A stretch of 63,876 nucleotides of DNA, the filler included, from Welwitschia mirabilis (lineage: Eukaryota): assembly GCA_051453625.1 (NCBI GenBank). It is 8 parts of one record of this genome, joined end to end, with 100 filler letters (N's around TTAATTAATTAA, not from the genome) between each part and the next. Parts side by side here need not be neighbours in the genome. Positions count along the whole stretch, not along the records: positions 11,679 to 29,741 come from JBOZIK010000001.1; positions 29,842 to 52,246 come from JBOZIK010000001.1; 6 more parts are not named here. The stretch is one strand, 5' to 3'. How positions within the stretch are numbered: position 1 is the first letter of the stretch; each line of letters opens with the position of its first letter. Under the pieces are notes generated by a model, which ran no database searches, had not been told where the DNA came from, and worked only from the letters and a program-made list of their open reading frames with translations. The position numbers were made by a program, and so were the translations under genes. This document shows positions 27,147 to 41,000 of this stretch, one piece after another.

Positions 27147-29144
27147 AGCCATTAAAGAGTTCACACTCTTGGCATTTTTAAGTCTGAATTTTTTGATAAG
27201 ATCTAAAGAGTATTTATTTTGATTTATGAAAATACCATTATCATATTGTTGGATTTGAAGATCTAAAAATATGTTCACCAATTCAACCATACTCATTTTA
27301 AACTTAGAACTCATTAGATTGACAAAATCATTTGATAATACTTTAGTGGTTGATCTAAAAATAATGTATGTAGATAAATTTAAACTAGAATTAAATCATT
27401 TTTCACTAATTTTCTAAATAAAGTTCTATTAATAGAACCTCTAGTAAAATCATGCTAAAGTAAAAAGAAGAAAAGTTTTTTATACTAGGCTTGAGGAGCT
27501 TGTTTTAGCCCATATAAAGATTTATTCAATTTGTAGATAAAATCTAGTTTATGAGGATCAATAAAGCCTTATGATGGTTTCACATATACTTCTTTCTCAA
27601 TGTGATCATTTAAAAAAAGCACTCTTTACATCCATATTAAAAACTTTAATTTTCTTGTAATAGGTAAAAGCTAGAAACATTCTGATAGACTCAAGTCTAG
27701 TAACAGAATCAAAGTATCACCACAATCTACTCCTTTTATATGAGAGTATTCTTGAGCTACAATCATAGCTTTGTTTTTGGTGATTACATTCTTTTCATTT
27801 ACTTTATTTCTAAAGATCCATTTTATGCCTATGATATTTTTTTCTAGCTAGTTTAGGAATAAGAGATCACACCTAATTTCAAGAGAATTATCCAAGTTCT
27901 TCTTATATTGCATTCATTTAATAAGGTTTTGATTTAGCATCCTCAGAAGTTTTTGGTTCCACTTGAGATAACAGAGAAATATGAGCACTAAAATTATTAG
28001 GATAGTTTCTAGTAACTATACCTTATTTTACATTTCCAATGCTTAAATCCAGAGGATGATCCTTAAGCTCTTTAATCTCTAGTATTGGCTTAGGTTTTGA
28101 ATAACCTTTGTTATGATAGAAATAAGAAGGAACTAGATCATCATCAATCTTAGAGGATTTAGTTGAATTTGGTACATCATGAATTTTGACATTTATAGAT
28201 TCTTTCACATGAAGAGTGCATTTATTGAACACTTTATAAGCTCTACTGAATTGTGAGTATCCTAATAATATTCCTTTATCATTTTTCAAATCAATTTTAG
28301 CTAGATCCTCTCTATCTCTTAAGATGAAGCACTTACTTTCAAATATTTTGAAATAGGATATATTAGGTTTCTTCCCTTTCCAGATTTCATAAAGAGTTTT
28401 GAAACTTATTGGTCTTAAATAAACTCTATTTGAAATATGACAAGCCATGTTTACTACTTTAATCCAAAATATTTTTAAAATATCTTTATTATTTAGCATA
28501 ACTCTTACCATATCTAATAAAATATGATTTTTTTCTTTTAACTATTCCATTTTGTTAAGGGATTTTTAGAGCTAAGAATTCATGATCAATTCCATTTGAA
28601 TTACAATAATATTAAAATATTTTATTTTTAAACTCTCTACCATGATCACTATGAATCTTTTTAATGATATAGCCTTTTTGAGTTTGGAGTTTCTTGCAAA
28701 TTCTAACCAAGTTATCATACGCGTCAGATTTTGCATGAAGAAAAGCTACCCAAAAAAATCAAGAAAAATCATCAACCATGACTAAGAAATATCTTTTTCT
28801 AGTTAATCTTACTATTTAAATAAGCCTAACCAAATCCATATGATTTAAATCTAATGGCTTGTTGATGGTAATATCGCTTATTCCTTTATGAAAAGCTCTG
28901 ATTTGTTTTCCATTTTAGTGAGCATCACGTAAGCCTTTATGAGTGATAGAAAGTTTTGAAATACCTCTAATAATCTCATTACAACATATTTTCTTTAAAT
29001 TTTTGAAGCTAATGTAACCGAAACACTAATGTTAAAGAACATCCTCTTGAACATGAGAAGAAAGACAAATAGAATCAATTGACTGATTTACACCATAAAC
29101 ATTTTCCTGTCTTATTGATACTAATAATAGCTAATCAGTAATGC

Positions 29145-29477
29145 TATTCCATGGAGAAAGTTTTTCAATTTATAAAAAGCACTATAAGGATCAATTTTTG
29201 ATTTTTGGGATTGATACGATTAGATCTACTTAAAGCAATATGAGATTTACTTATGTAATAGAGTATATTCATTAAAAAAATATTTAAGTAGTGATGTAGT
29301 ATCAGATCCTAAAGATGTCGAGTACTTTCTTGGTAAAAACAAAGTATTCTTTTTTGTATTCTATATAGGGATAGGGCCATTATTGATGAAGTCTACATTA
29401 TTTACACATGGCACCCCCTGGACATAACCTCTTCATCGTTACAGGGGGCTTGTCTAGCAAGGAGTCATATAAATAAA
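29145..29477. mobile_element. 333-bp insertion in Sirevirus pol (short solo-LTR-like)
   Basis: Removing it restores IIYKCITD*LLLVSIRQENVY. Flanks aatgc (29140-29144) and actgc (29478-29482); internal ctatatagg. Confidence 0.65.
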
Positions 29478-29841
29478 ACTGCATTTATAAATGATCATGT
29501 CAAGGTTCATCAAAAGAAACTTTATGACCCTTATCACATATTTGATTAAGATTTAACAGATTATGCTTTAAGCTATTTAAAAATAATACATTATGAGTAT
29601 TTGGTAAATTACCTCCATCGATGCTTATAATCCCTTTAATTCAATCTCTTCCATTATCACCAAATATTACTTCTCCTCCAGCATATTCCTTGAATTTAAT
29701 AAAGTTGGACTTGTCACTTATCATGTATCGACAGTAACGACNNNNNNNNNNNNNNNNNNNNNNNNNNNNNNNNNNNNNNNNNNNNTTAATTAATTAANNN
29801 NNNNNNNNNNNNNNNNNNNNNNNNNNNNNNNNNNNNNNNNN

Positions 29842-30816
29842 ATTGAAGTGAGGTGCATAGATGCACAATTCTAGTCCATAAGTACAAGTGCAAAAAAATC
29901 TTCTGACAAGCTTGATAGAAAAGAGAGAGTCTAGGAGAAATATGATCACCCAATGATCCAAGCACAGTGCATACAGTACATGTAACAATGTCTGATGTTT
30001 ATCTCTTTTTGATAAAAAACATTAACCTTTACTATTTCAAAGAAGGTATTTAAATAAAAAGACTAAAAATAGCCATTCATAAGGTAGGTGCAGACCATCA
30101 AAATCGAGTTCTACCTTTTCTGGTAAATCATGGAAGTATAATAGTTATAATTAAAACATGTTAGATTGACCTCATAGAAAATTTGATCACCCTTAGTATT
30201 TAGTTTCCCTTACCAAGAGGTTAGGTCACCCTTTCCTGATTCAGTTTTGATAGTCTACTGATTCAGTTTCCCTTATAGTAGAGTTTTGTTTCCCTTATAA
30301 TAAAGTTCTATTATCCTTACCTAATTTAGTTTTGACAATCTAATGATTTTGAACATTCAATCATCCTTGCAAAGATTGGTGATTGACCTTGTATGGATTT
30401 GTTTGATCTAGATTCGATTACCCTCTTTATGATAGTTTCTTGTCTGGGTAGTACTCAGTCACCCTTGCTTGTGTATTTGGTTGTACTCACTGTTATTCAC
30501 CTAAAATTGCTGAATCTAGTTTGATCATCTTAACATGATGGTCAGTCGCCCAGTCTTATTTTAGTTTATAAGTGATTTAATAGTCTATCATACTACCTGA
30601 TAAACATGATCGCCTATGCCTAAACTAGTTTTCAGATCACTGCATCTAAGTTTTACTTCCAATCACCTGCATTTCATTCAAGTGTCTAACTAAATAATAG
30701 TTCGGTCATCCAGATGAATTTTATGGTCGCTTATGCTAGAAACATTCTGCAAAATGAACTAACTCGAAAACCCACAAAAAATGTTAATTGATTAATGACA
30801 ATAGGATCTTTCAACA
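29842..30816 (-). repeat. 5' LTR of the Sirevirus element (partial)
   Basis: Aligns with 23530-24495 and ends ttcaaca. Confidence 0.92.
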
Positions 30817-30821
30817 CTTTC

Positions 30822-31500
30822 TACTTGTTCTCAAGCTCTATTTATCTCTTCCTACACTTATCCCTTTTATGGCCTTTTTTTCCATAATGTGTACATTTCT
30901 TTTCTACTCTAGCACACCTTTCTAGTGCATGTCTAATCTTCTTGCATGTTTTACAAGTTACCAAAAGGTTCTTGTAAGTGAATTTCAAATCATGTGTTTT
31001 CTATTTGAATCTAAATTTCACAGACTGAATCTCTTTCTCTCTTCATTGCTGATCTAAATACAAAATTTGCTAAGACCAATCTCCTTTGTTTAATGGTGAT
31101 TCTATCTAGTTTTATCAGTTCTCTGAATTGAGAAGTGATTATCCTTAGTAGATCTTCATCTTAGAATTTGAGGAGAAACTTATGGATTTAAATTTAGATG
31201 ATATCTTTTTAAACAAATGCAGGTCCACTTGCACCTTGACATCCATGTGACAAGTGCTAATCTTCTTGTTCCAAAGAATCATGGTTCCCTAGCAATAACT
31301 TCATCTTTATCCCATTCATTATCAAGCTGAAAAAGGACTAAGCCTTCTAGCATGGTAATAACCTTATCTTTACTAACCAATGTCTACTTGGTGGCTATAA
31401 GATTGAGTCTATGCCTAGGGCTAGATGAGACAAAATTTCCTATCTAAGAGCATGTGTCTTCATCTATGTCTAAAATGAGGGGTTTCCCCTCCTTAGAAAA
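30822..31500 (-). pseudogene. LINE ORF1 (DUF4283-like region plus zinc knuckle)
   Basis: Minus translation GLVLFQLDNEWDKDEVIAREP*FFGTRRLAL..W and CKTCKKIRHALERC (CX2CX4HX4C) at ~30912-30955. Confidence 0.9.
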
Positions 31501-32049
31501 CTGCATCTTATCCATGGAAAGGGAAAAAGCCCTTTTTCGAACCCTTCTATTAAAAAATTTTAAAGTAATAACAAAACTATCACTAACCTTCTTAATCATT
31601 TGTATTTTGGCCAAAATTTCCCTCCCTGCATTCTATAGCTCTTCCCAAACTAAAATTGTCCCTACTATCCTTAGTGCTCCTAAAACCTTAGCTCTTACCT
31701 TCTGCTCCTCACCCTTAGTTTTCCATACTCAAACCAAAATTTTAGGCTTTTTAAAAAAGATTTACTTCATCTTTTAAATTATGAATTAGTTAAAGCAAAA
31801 GAGAAAAAATTTTTCCATTTCTTACATTATTTCTTAATGTAAAAAGCTTTGCTAATATTTTTTAGTTCACGTTCAAAATAATGGATTCAAAACCTTATTG
31901 TTAATAACTAAGTTACAGAGAGGTGAAACTAAAATATGAGAGAATATTAGTAGAAAAAAATGGAGTTAAAGTTTAATATTTAAGAGATGTAGATTTCATG
32001 GATGAAGTTTTATTTAAAAGATTCAATTTCAAAAGAAAAAGTAACATGC

Positions 32050-34957
32050 TACATGCACACTCTTCTTAGCATTAGTTTGGAGTATTATAAGTCAAATATG
32101 ATAAGAAAATTCTTCAAAATGAGAAATATCTCTCTATTATAAGACAATGATCTAAATCTCTATGTTAGATTTCTAAGGTTAATATTAATCATTAAGTTAT
32201 TAAAGAATTTATTACATTGTATCAAGTAGGATGATGCATGTTTCATTGTAACCTAAAAAGTTATCATGAATTATGATTATCTATAAAAAATATTAGCCTT
32301 ATTTTTAATGATTTTAATAGGATGTAAGACATGTTAAATAAGTATGTTCCATAACATAGAAAAGATAATTTTAGCTTTACTAATAAGAAAAGATAATTTT
32401 AACTTTACTAATAAGAAGTGCATTGAGGCATACTTAGAGGATTTAGATTGTAATACAAGACACTTCTTAAGATATTGATTAAAATAATAATTTTAAATAT
32501 GTTATTATCAAGCATTGATTATTGTAAGTTATTACAGAGCTTATGATAGCAAGGTCTAAACCTCAATGAACTTAACCACTTCATCACTAGTTTATTTTTA
32601 GATAGAAAAAATGATTAAGATGCAATACTAATAGCTGTGAACATTGGTCAAGTTAGTCTATGATATTCTATTAAATGTGCTATTACAAGTCCTTGATAAG
32701 ATAATTTAGTATTACTTTTGGAGAATCATGTTAGTAATCCATATCTATTGAAAATAAATAAATTACAAAAAAAAACACAAAAAGGGGCATTTATAAGGAA
32801 TCAAACAAAAGTGAAAATAAATCATAATTATTTAAAGTAGTTTGTTTTTTTATATTATTTCTTATAGTCTTTATTTTCCTTAATCAAGACATTTTTTTTT
32901 TATTTGGGTTACATTCCTCACTTTCCTTGGTACTATATAATTATATGTAAAATGAATATGTATTTTAGAGACGGTGAAAAAAGTGATGGGATAAATTACA
33001 TTAGCTTAAAAAGGATCATAATATTATTTCCTATATGAAACTTTAAAATATTATAGATCTTTTTCTTAAGTAGTTATTACCATAATTTTTAATTTACAAG
33101 TAGTATTTTAACTTTTAAATTTATATATTTTTAAGAACTTAATAAAATTTTTAAGTATTTTGATGGAATTATCATATTCTAAAATATATATTTTTAAAAA
33201 TTTGGGATTATGTTACTATTTATGCAAACAACATGTAGCTATGAGTCCTTTGATAAGGAAAAAAAGTTAAAAAAAATTAACAATAGAAAAGAAATTATTT
33301 ATGTTCTTATGATGAATAAAATGCTACCTAGAGTTCTCTTAGGAAAAGCTTATATGAGATAAATCCTAAGATGCCATTAAGATGGTGATTAAATAAATAA
33401 AAAGATATTTCTATAGATCTAATTCATGATTCTAAATATTTGTTAAAATTTTAATGAATTATAATCTTAAGTACTGTAAAATTTGGTTTATGCAAAGATG
33501 CACAAACATATAGTTGAGAAATATGAGAGAATGAGAATTTGATACATAAGGTACTTAAGTAGATTAAATAAAAATTAAAAAATTTAGGATCAATTTGAAA
33601 GAAGTTGTAATTTCTACCTTTTAAAAATAAAAACAATAAAAGTTTTGCTTAGTATGTTTGGGGTTCAATCCTTAGGGGTAGTTGTCAAATCCTAAAAAAA
33701 TATTTAATTAAAAGGTATTAGTATATATAAGTGTATGGCATATGAATGAATATTTAACTTTTTTCTTTAAGGAAATTGTTACCTCTAGCTTTTAAAAGAA
33801 AGTATTTAATCTATCTAAAAATATTTAATTATGTTTTCTACAACTTACTATCCATCTTAAAGAATTTATCTAATTCCTCTATGAGCTTATAGAAAGTTTT
33901 TCTTTTCTTTCTTTATTTGTCTCTCCCCCCATATAGCTTTGTTAAAATCATAAAGATTAAGTTTTTTCAATCCACATTAACTATCTTCCATTTAAGCAAT
34001 GATAATAATTTATAAATTATAGTAATACCTAATTTTCTCTAAATCAAACATAATCTAGGTGAATTAGTAACTCATGCATCTCCATTAAATGGAAGTTACC
34101 AATGATTCAATTGTTAAGGCATTAATTCTAAAGTCCTAATCTATAAATATCTTCAATAATTACTGATAAAAATCTAATAATTTTAAATTTCCTTTAAAGA
34201 AAAAATAACTTAAAATAAAAAACAATATTTGAGAAAAAAACACAATGACAAAAACTATTAGTATGTCAACTACCTAAAGTTTTGGATATTTTTAATTTAT
34301 AAAAAGAAATCTTAAAGACTCATTATTATCAAAAAAATTTTCTAGCCATTTAAAGCATGAAGAAATTTAAAGATTATAATAGTTAATAAGGGAAAGACCA
34401 TCATCTTCTTTATTTAAGATATAACTTTTTCAAGTAACTTTATAAAAATGTTTTTAGTTTAATGTCTAGATCATAGAAAATGTTAAATAAGTCTCTTTTC
34501 TCTTTTCAAGTAACTTTATCATTAAAATTTTTTAATTAGGATAAGCCTCTTTTCTTTTCACTTATGAAACTTGTTTTCTACTTTGCTAATATTGTAGTTC
34601 ATAGACTCTCATCATTAACTTCAAAGGAAAAGAAAATTCCTAGTAGCTTAAAAATTGTATTTTTTCCTCTAAACTATTTTAATTCTTATGGAAAACCTAA
34701 TCTTTAATATCATTGTTATAATAAATAAAAGATTTATCCCAATTTATGTAAGATTTATAATGTTTGAAATATTTATTTACATAAGCTAATAATATATTAA
34801 CATGTTAAGGAATATTAATTTTATTAACCATTAAAAAATAATTACCTACAAAGTGAATATTAAGTAATTAAAGGATAGAGTCATTAATTAAATTTCTTTT
34901 ATAAGTTTACATTAATGGTTTTGATAAAGGTCATGTAAAATAAAGTTTGTTGTAGTA
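32050..34957 (+). mobile_element. Possible highly decayed CACTA remnant
   Basis: TIR-like tttgttgtagta at 34946-34957; faint transposase-like H*VIKE...V.*CM and LKSY at ~32190-32265. Confidence 0.3.
32358..32417. repeat. ~29-bp tandem duplication
   Basis: agaaaagataattt...ctttactaata twice. Confidence 0.85.
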
Positions 34958-35825
34958 ATAAATAAATAACAAGATAAAATAAAACCTTGAAAAATTAATA
35001 TCTAAGATAAAGGAATGACTCAAAACAAGATTATAGAAACTTGAGAATTAACATCAAAAAATAATTTATGAATTAGATGAATAAAGTAGCATCAAAGCCA
35101 ACTTTTTCAAGATAAGTAATAACAAAAACTTATTTAATTATATCATAAGCTTTAGCATAATAAAGCTTAATAAAAGTGACATTTTGGTTAATTTCATTAG
35201 CAAATTAAATATTTTTTCAAGTTACAATTAAATTATGAAAGATATACCTTATTTTAATATAAACACTCTATTTAGGTATGGTAAACTAATCCATAAGTTT
35301 TAGGATTCTTGACATAAGACATTTAAATAAAATTTAATAAGTATTATTCAAAAGTGTAATAGACCTCTAATTTATAATAGATTGAGTATCATCTTCTTTA
35401 TAAAAAAATTGAATGGTACCTTTATCAATTTTATGGTCTAAATATCATTGGTAAATAACTTCCAAAAAAATACGAAAAATATCTTTACTGATAACTATAA
35501 AATGATGCATGATAATGAAAAAGTAAAGAAATCAGAGGAAAGTCTAAAATTAGAATTAGAGGGAATGTTTACCTCAAAACTGTGTGACTATGATTTTTCT
35601 TTGGAGAAAAGATGTCATAATTACATAAACAATTGGTTTTAGTTATACTTAAGGCCTTATAGTTTATCAATTAGGCCATCTGAAGGTTCAAGTCCATGAC
35701 CTCCTCAATGAATGAATGCCTCATCTTTTTGGCTACCTTTTCATGGGACTTAGATTATAACCAGAATAAAGACATGGTAATTATAGGAATATCAATAAAA
35801 ATATCTAAACTTTTTATGGAAAGGT

Positions 35826-35985
35826 CTTTTTTTTTTGGTTAGAAGACTTTTTCAAGAATTAAACTCACAACCATAAATTTACAAAAGCACTACTCTACTA
35901 TTAATACATCTCTAAGGATACAAATGTATTTTTCTTTTTGGTTGGAAGACTATCTTAAGAATTTAACTCACAAGTAAAAACTCAT
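35826..35985. repeat. Degenerate direct repeat, ~105-bp spacing
   Basis: ttttggtt(a/g)gaagact...aagaatt.aactcacaa at ~35832 and ~35936. Confidence 0.7.
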
Positions 35986-38481
35986 GGAAACATTGTATAT
36001 CATTTGGATGTCTCTTCAAAGATAAAAGTTTTACATACAAGACTAAGATAGAATTTAAAATTAATAAAACTATTTTTAAATGAAAAGAAAAGAAACAATG
36101 GATTAGTTTTTCATTTTTTTTGGTCAAGTTTTTATTTTCTTAAATTTTTTATACACATCATTTCCTACTAGCTATAATCTTTTTATATAAGGAGATAACC
36201 TTATTTCATAACCTTTACTTTTAATTATTTTATATTTTATAATCTTCAAATATGTTTATTTATGGATTAAGTTATCTAAAATACTTTAATTTGTAAGTTA
36301 CTTTGGCAAAATATAATTAATTACATGACTATAGTCCCATTTCAAATTAACTTTTGTAGAATAAGAGTAATGTTCTAAAGCCTAATATTAACTTCATTTA
36401 TCTTTGTTTAAAAGAAAGTATATATCTCAATTGTTTATTTTATAAGCAATAGAACTCTAATTTGATTATTACTCATAATATTTAATTCTATGCATGATTT
36501 ATTTATTGATTAAATACTAGCCATATGATTTTTCCTTAATCTTAAGAATGTCATTTAATTATAATCATAGCTAATAGTCTTATTTATTATTTTATAGAAA
36601 TTATTAATTACTATATTTATAATAAAATTTACCTTGTAAGAAATTTTAGGAATGAATTCCACAATTAGAGAAGATTATTCATAGCATATCTTTTCAATGT
36701 CCAATCCAATTATTTTGGATTCAATAGAAATTAAATGTGGGAGCTAAAAAATTCTAGTATTCAAAATGCCTTTTTTAGTTATTTGATGTTTTCTCAAACA
36801 TTTATATGATTTTGAAGATTTATCTATGTATTTAAGTCTCATATATAAATTTTACACATTTAAAAAATATTTAAACTTTCTTGTGCCCAATGAAAGTAAA
36901 ATGCAATTATTTCCTGCATGAAATTAATAACTAAAGATAATATCCCTTGTGAAAATTTCAGTTATGAAAGATAACTATGTAAGGTCCATATTTTCATTTA
37001 CTGCAACTTTTGAGAGTAATTTGTATATAATTATATGATTTGAATTTAAATATTTGGAATTTTGAAATTATTTCTTAGATAGCCATTTAATTTGATCACT
37101 TTTTATAGGTGGTTTATAATTCCTTTTTTACTAGGTTTTATTCAAATTTTTAGGTTTTTTAATTAAAAAGTAAGGTACTTCTATTTTGTGAATTAGTTTT
37201 TATTCAATTTTCTTTAATATATGTTCAAATTATCTTTTGTTGTTTTCACAAATCATTCATTTACATCATTAATGTAGAAAGTTTTATCTTTTTATAAACA
37301 AAATAAATTCCTAAAGAAAAGAGCCTTAATAAGGAAGTTATAAATATAAGAAATGAGACATTTCTTTTAAACAAATGACTACCTTTGATTTAAATGCTAT
37401 AATGAAAAATCAAACATATTTATTCTCTAAAATAATTTAAGAGTAATTTTGAATCTTCAAAAAATAATTTTTTAAAAAAGAAGTAATTATTTAAAAGATT
37501 AAATCACATATGGAGAAATATTCCTAGGAGATGGATAAGAATAAATCAATTATAAAAGATAAGGAATATGTAATACCTTTGGACTAATATATTAAAAAAA
37601 TAGCTAAAGATATTTTTTAATAGAATTATAAATGTTGAACTAGAAAATATAGAGAAAAATAATGGGTAAATTACTTTAAAAATAGGATTCAAACAAATTT
37701 TTCCTATTGATTTATACATTTTTATCCCTGTATCTCCTTTTATTAGATCTTATCAACAAGAAAATGAGGGTTCTCAAACAAGAAGAGAAAAAAAACTAAA
37801 AATGATTATTAATACCTTTCTAAAGAGCTATTATGTAAAGACATAATTGGAAAAAGGACTACAATTATAAGATTATCTTACTATGATCAAGTAAGAAAAT
37901 ATAAACTAATATAAAATATAAAATAAATCATTCCATCATGTGACCATGAAAATATTTAGCTAAAACTTGAGGATTATAATAATCTCTTAAGAATTAATAT
38001 TTTTAATATGTGATACTTTAAAAAATCAAAATTTGGTTTTGTTTTTTAAAACTAAACAGTTAGTTTTAAGTGGTAAAAAAATTATTCATAGTAGCTTTTC
38101 TCAGTATTGTTTTCTTTTTTAAAATTAATTGGTAAATCATATATTATTATCTTAATATAATATACTTGCTAGAATACAATAGTTATTTGGAATAACTTGT
38201 TTAGTATATACTACATATTTTATTAGTATCCATCATCTATAAAGAAACTAAAATATCTGTTAGTATTCTTTTTACTCTTAATTTTTAGGAATAATAATTA
38301 ATAAGGTTCAAAAGAACAAATTTTAAATGGGTACTAAAGTTATAGAAGATATCACTATTTCACTCATGTTCAATATGTAAATGATGATTTTATTCTTTCT
38401 ACACTGAAAAATAAAGAAATTCAAAAGCATTTGTGTCATTTTACAATTTTTTAAAAAAATTTGATTTAAATATTAATCTCT

Positions 38482-38550
38482 AAAATAGTGTGACTTAAAA
38501 TTTTATCATGGACCAAAATAGTGTGACTTAAACTTTTACTGTGGACCAAA
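38482..38550. repeat. 33-bp tandem duplication
   Basis: aaaatagtgtgacttaaa...tggacc twice. Confidence 0.85.
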
Positions 38551-38699
38551 GGAGAATTAAATAAGTGTAAACAATTCAAATTTGTATAACTTAAATGAAA
38601 AATATCTAGAACTTTTTCTTAGACTAATGTAGAAATGTTTTTGATAAGGTGATAAGAAAATTAGTATGATAGAAATGTAAATTTTTTATTTTGGCAAAA

Positions 38700-41000
38700 A
38701 TAACTTATGTAAGATTACGTTAATTTGAAATTATCTTTTTAGAATTATACTAAAGTATAACAATTTCCTTAATACATGATCATGTTATCTTGTTTATTAT
38801 TATTTTTGAATTTGTTAGAATGAAATAAGCAAATTTGATTAATCTCTTAACTACTACCATTATTACATCATGGTTTTATTCTTGTGCTTAGTATTCCATA
38901 ATGAAATCCATATTAATAATATTACATTTTCTTTTAAGGATGACATGATGGTACAATAATCCTACTAGATTTAAGTGTTCTTTCTTTATTGATTAAAAAG
39001 TGAAGCATCTACTGACATATTATGCTATGTATTCATTAAAGATAAATTATTGTGTAACATTAAAATATGTCTTGTTCCTTCATAGATATCTTGATAAAGC
39101 TATTTTATGAAGTTATTTCAAAATTTCTAAGCATATTTTATCATGGCGTAGGACATATAATTTTCTCTTAAACAAACATAATCCCTTTTGTATGAACTAA
39201 TAACCTCTTTCTAGTTTTTACCTTTTGCCCTTTCTTATTTAGTTTTGTCATAAGTTAATCATGTTTTAATGATTTTATTAATTCTTGTATTCAAAGAGGA
39301 GTTATTACTATCTTGGATTTCATATATTATCATAGAATTAAATCATCTACAATGTTGGTATCATTTTCTTCATGATACTTGATTTTGAGATCATAATTAC
39401 TTAGTATATTAATCTATATTTTTCTTAAATATTTAGGTGTCATTGGAGGAATACATATTTATAACTTTAATGATATTTCTAAATTTCAAATTTCTTCACA
39501 TATAAGTAGTGGTCCCAAATTTTCAATGCATGCACTATTAATGCTAATTCTAAATCAATATGAGACTTTAATTAAATAGATACCATAATCCATTAATCAT
39601 TAATCTTATGTCAAGAGATAATTAATTCCTTCATCAAAAGCATTTAGACATGTAAAGAACACCTTTTCTTAAGATTCTTTAAAGATATTTCACATATTTT
39701 CATTAGCTTAAAATCGTTTTTATTCTACAAAACAATTTTCAAATGTTGTATAGGTTTTCCTTTTACATTTGAGTAAACTAAAAATATCATCTATGAATAC
39801 TATAGCAAATTTATCTAAATGATGTTAAAAAGTTTTATTAATAAGGATTATGATAACTACATGAGTAGTTGTTAATCCAAATGGCATTATAGTGAACTTT
39901 TAGCATGCAAACCTTGTTTTAGATATTATTTTAGAAATGCCTTCATATCTTCTTCTTAACTAGTACTATCTAAATTTGGATCATTTTTGAGATTACTTTT
40001 GCCTTATCTAATTAATTAATAAAATCATATATACAAGTTAAAGTATACTTATTTTCAATTTTTAGCTTACTCAGTTGTTCATAATTAATACAAAATCTTA
40101 AGACCCTATCCTTTTTCATCATAAATGGGATGATATCATCCCATAATAATTCACTTGGTTATATGAAGTACTTATTGAATAGCTCTTATAACTACATTTT
40201 TAACTCTATAATTTTTGATGTGACATTCAATAAGGAGCCTTAGAGATAGGTGCGGTACCTGGTATTGGCTCTATAATGAATTTAACTTCCCATAGTGATA
40301 ATGCCCTAGGTGATTCTTTAGGGAAAAAATTAGAGTATTTATTAACTATAGGACCTATGTATTATTGAGTTACTCCATTTTGATGTAATAACCTTGTCAA
40401 ATTAGTATTATATGTGGATAAATATCATAAATTTCAAGTTTCATCAAGTATAGGAAAGATCTTTATAAGGCTAAAGATATTTACTACATAGACAAATATC
40501 TATTAAAGTGAAGACATTAGTAAGACAACTATTGAGTTTTTCAAAGTTTATCTAGATGTGATATCTTAATGAGTTTTATGTGTTTTAATGATTTTTTAGT
40601 AAATAAGTTTATATAATTTTAATATATCTATCATAGCATCATATGTCTATAAGATAAAAGACATTTTAATATAATCAATGAAGCATGATAAAAGATTTCT
40701 ATTAGAATTGAAGATGTCTACTTTTTAAAGAATCACTTCATTTGGATTTTAGATAGCTTCTCATGGGAACACATATTGATAAAGCATAATAGAATTAATA
40801 ATGTATGTGTACAAAATTTAAACATATTTATAATGAGATGAGTTTTGACAAGCATCTAGAATATGATTTTGGTATTCAAAAAGTATGTTTAATTCTCATT
40901 TAAATAATTCTATACATTATCAAGATGTTCACAATTCATGAAGATGTATGCTTCAAGTTAAATGTATATAAAAAAAAGGAGTAGTTATGTTGGGTCACAA
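38700..41000 (-). pseudogene. pol: Decayed Tekay/chromovirus-type Ty3/gypsy pol with an internal deletion
   Basis: Minus motifs PGTAPISKAPY ~40230-40263, MPFGLT...LDKFAIVFIDDI ~39785-39890, DLELALIVHALKIW.HYLY ~39500-39558, MDFI...VVVKRLIKFAYFI ~38820-38912. Confidence 0.9.

Larger units (their letters stand above)
26700..29741 (-). pseudogene. pol: Sirevirus pol: protease, integrase, RT, partial RNase H (decayed)
   Basis: GGEVIFGD...LKHNLLNLNQICDKG at 29525-29685; ORF 28023-28511 (FW..VNMACHISNRVY..YEIWKGKKPNISYF); ORF 27099-27314 (FKMSMV.LV.IFLDLQIQQ..GIFINQ.KY). Confidence 0.95.
23264..30816 (-). mobile_element. Sirevirus-type copia retrotransposon with both LTRs; gag and PBS lost in the spacer gap
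   Basis: 3' LTR 23264-24495 and partial 5' LTR 29842-30816 align (about 18 mismatches in the first ~170 bp). PPT-like tract 24496-24510, flanks ttttc/ctttc, pol and env-like ORF inside. Confidence 0.92.
18301..31734 (-). mobile_element. Near full-length L1-clade LINE (~5.9 kb net), split by a Sirevirus insertion in ORF1
   Basis: ORF1 and ORF2 remnants in the right order and orientation; short A tail at 18299-18305; candidate TSD caaaatttta(t)gg(g/c)tt at 18285-18300 and 31735-31749. Confidence 0.85.

Noticed and set aside
32610..32700. MuDR SWIM zinc finger
   Set aside because: Only SCEHW is visible; not distinguishable from chance.
33000..38700. Short ORFs as host genes, also in 47800-51500 and 60366-61900
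   Set aside because: Low-complexity AT-rich translations with no recognisable domain or exon structure; probably unrecognisably decayed TE sequence.
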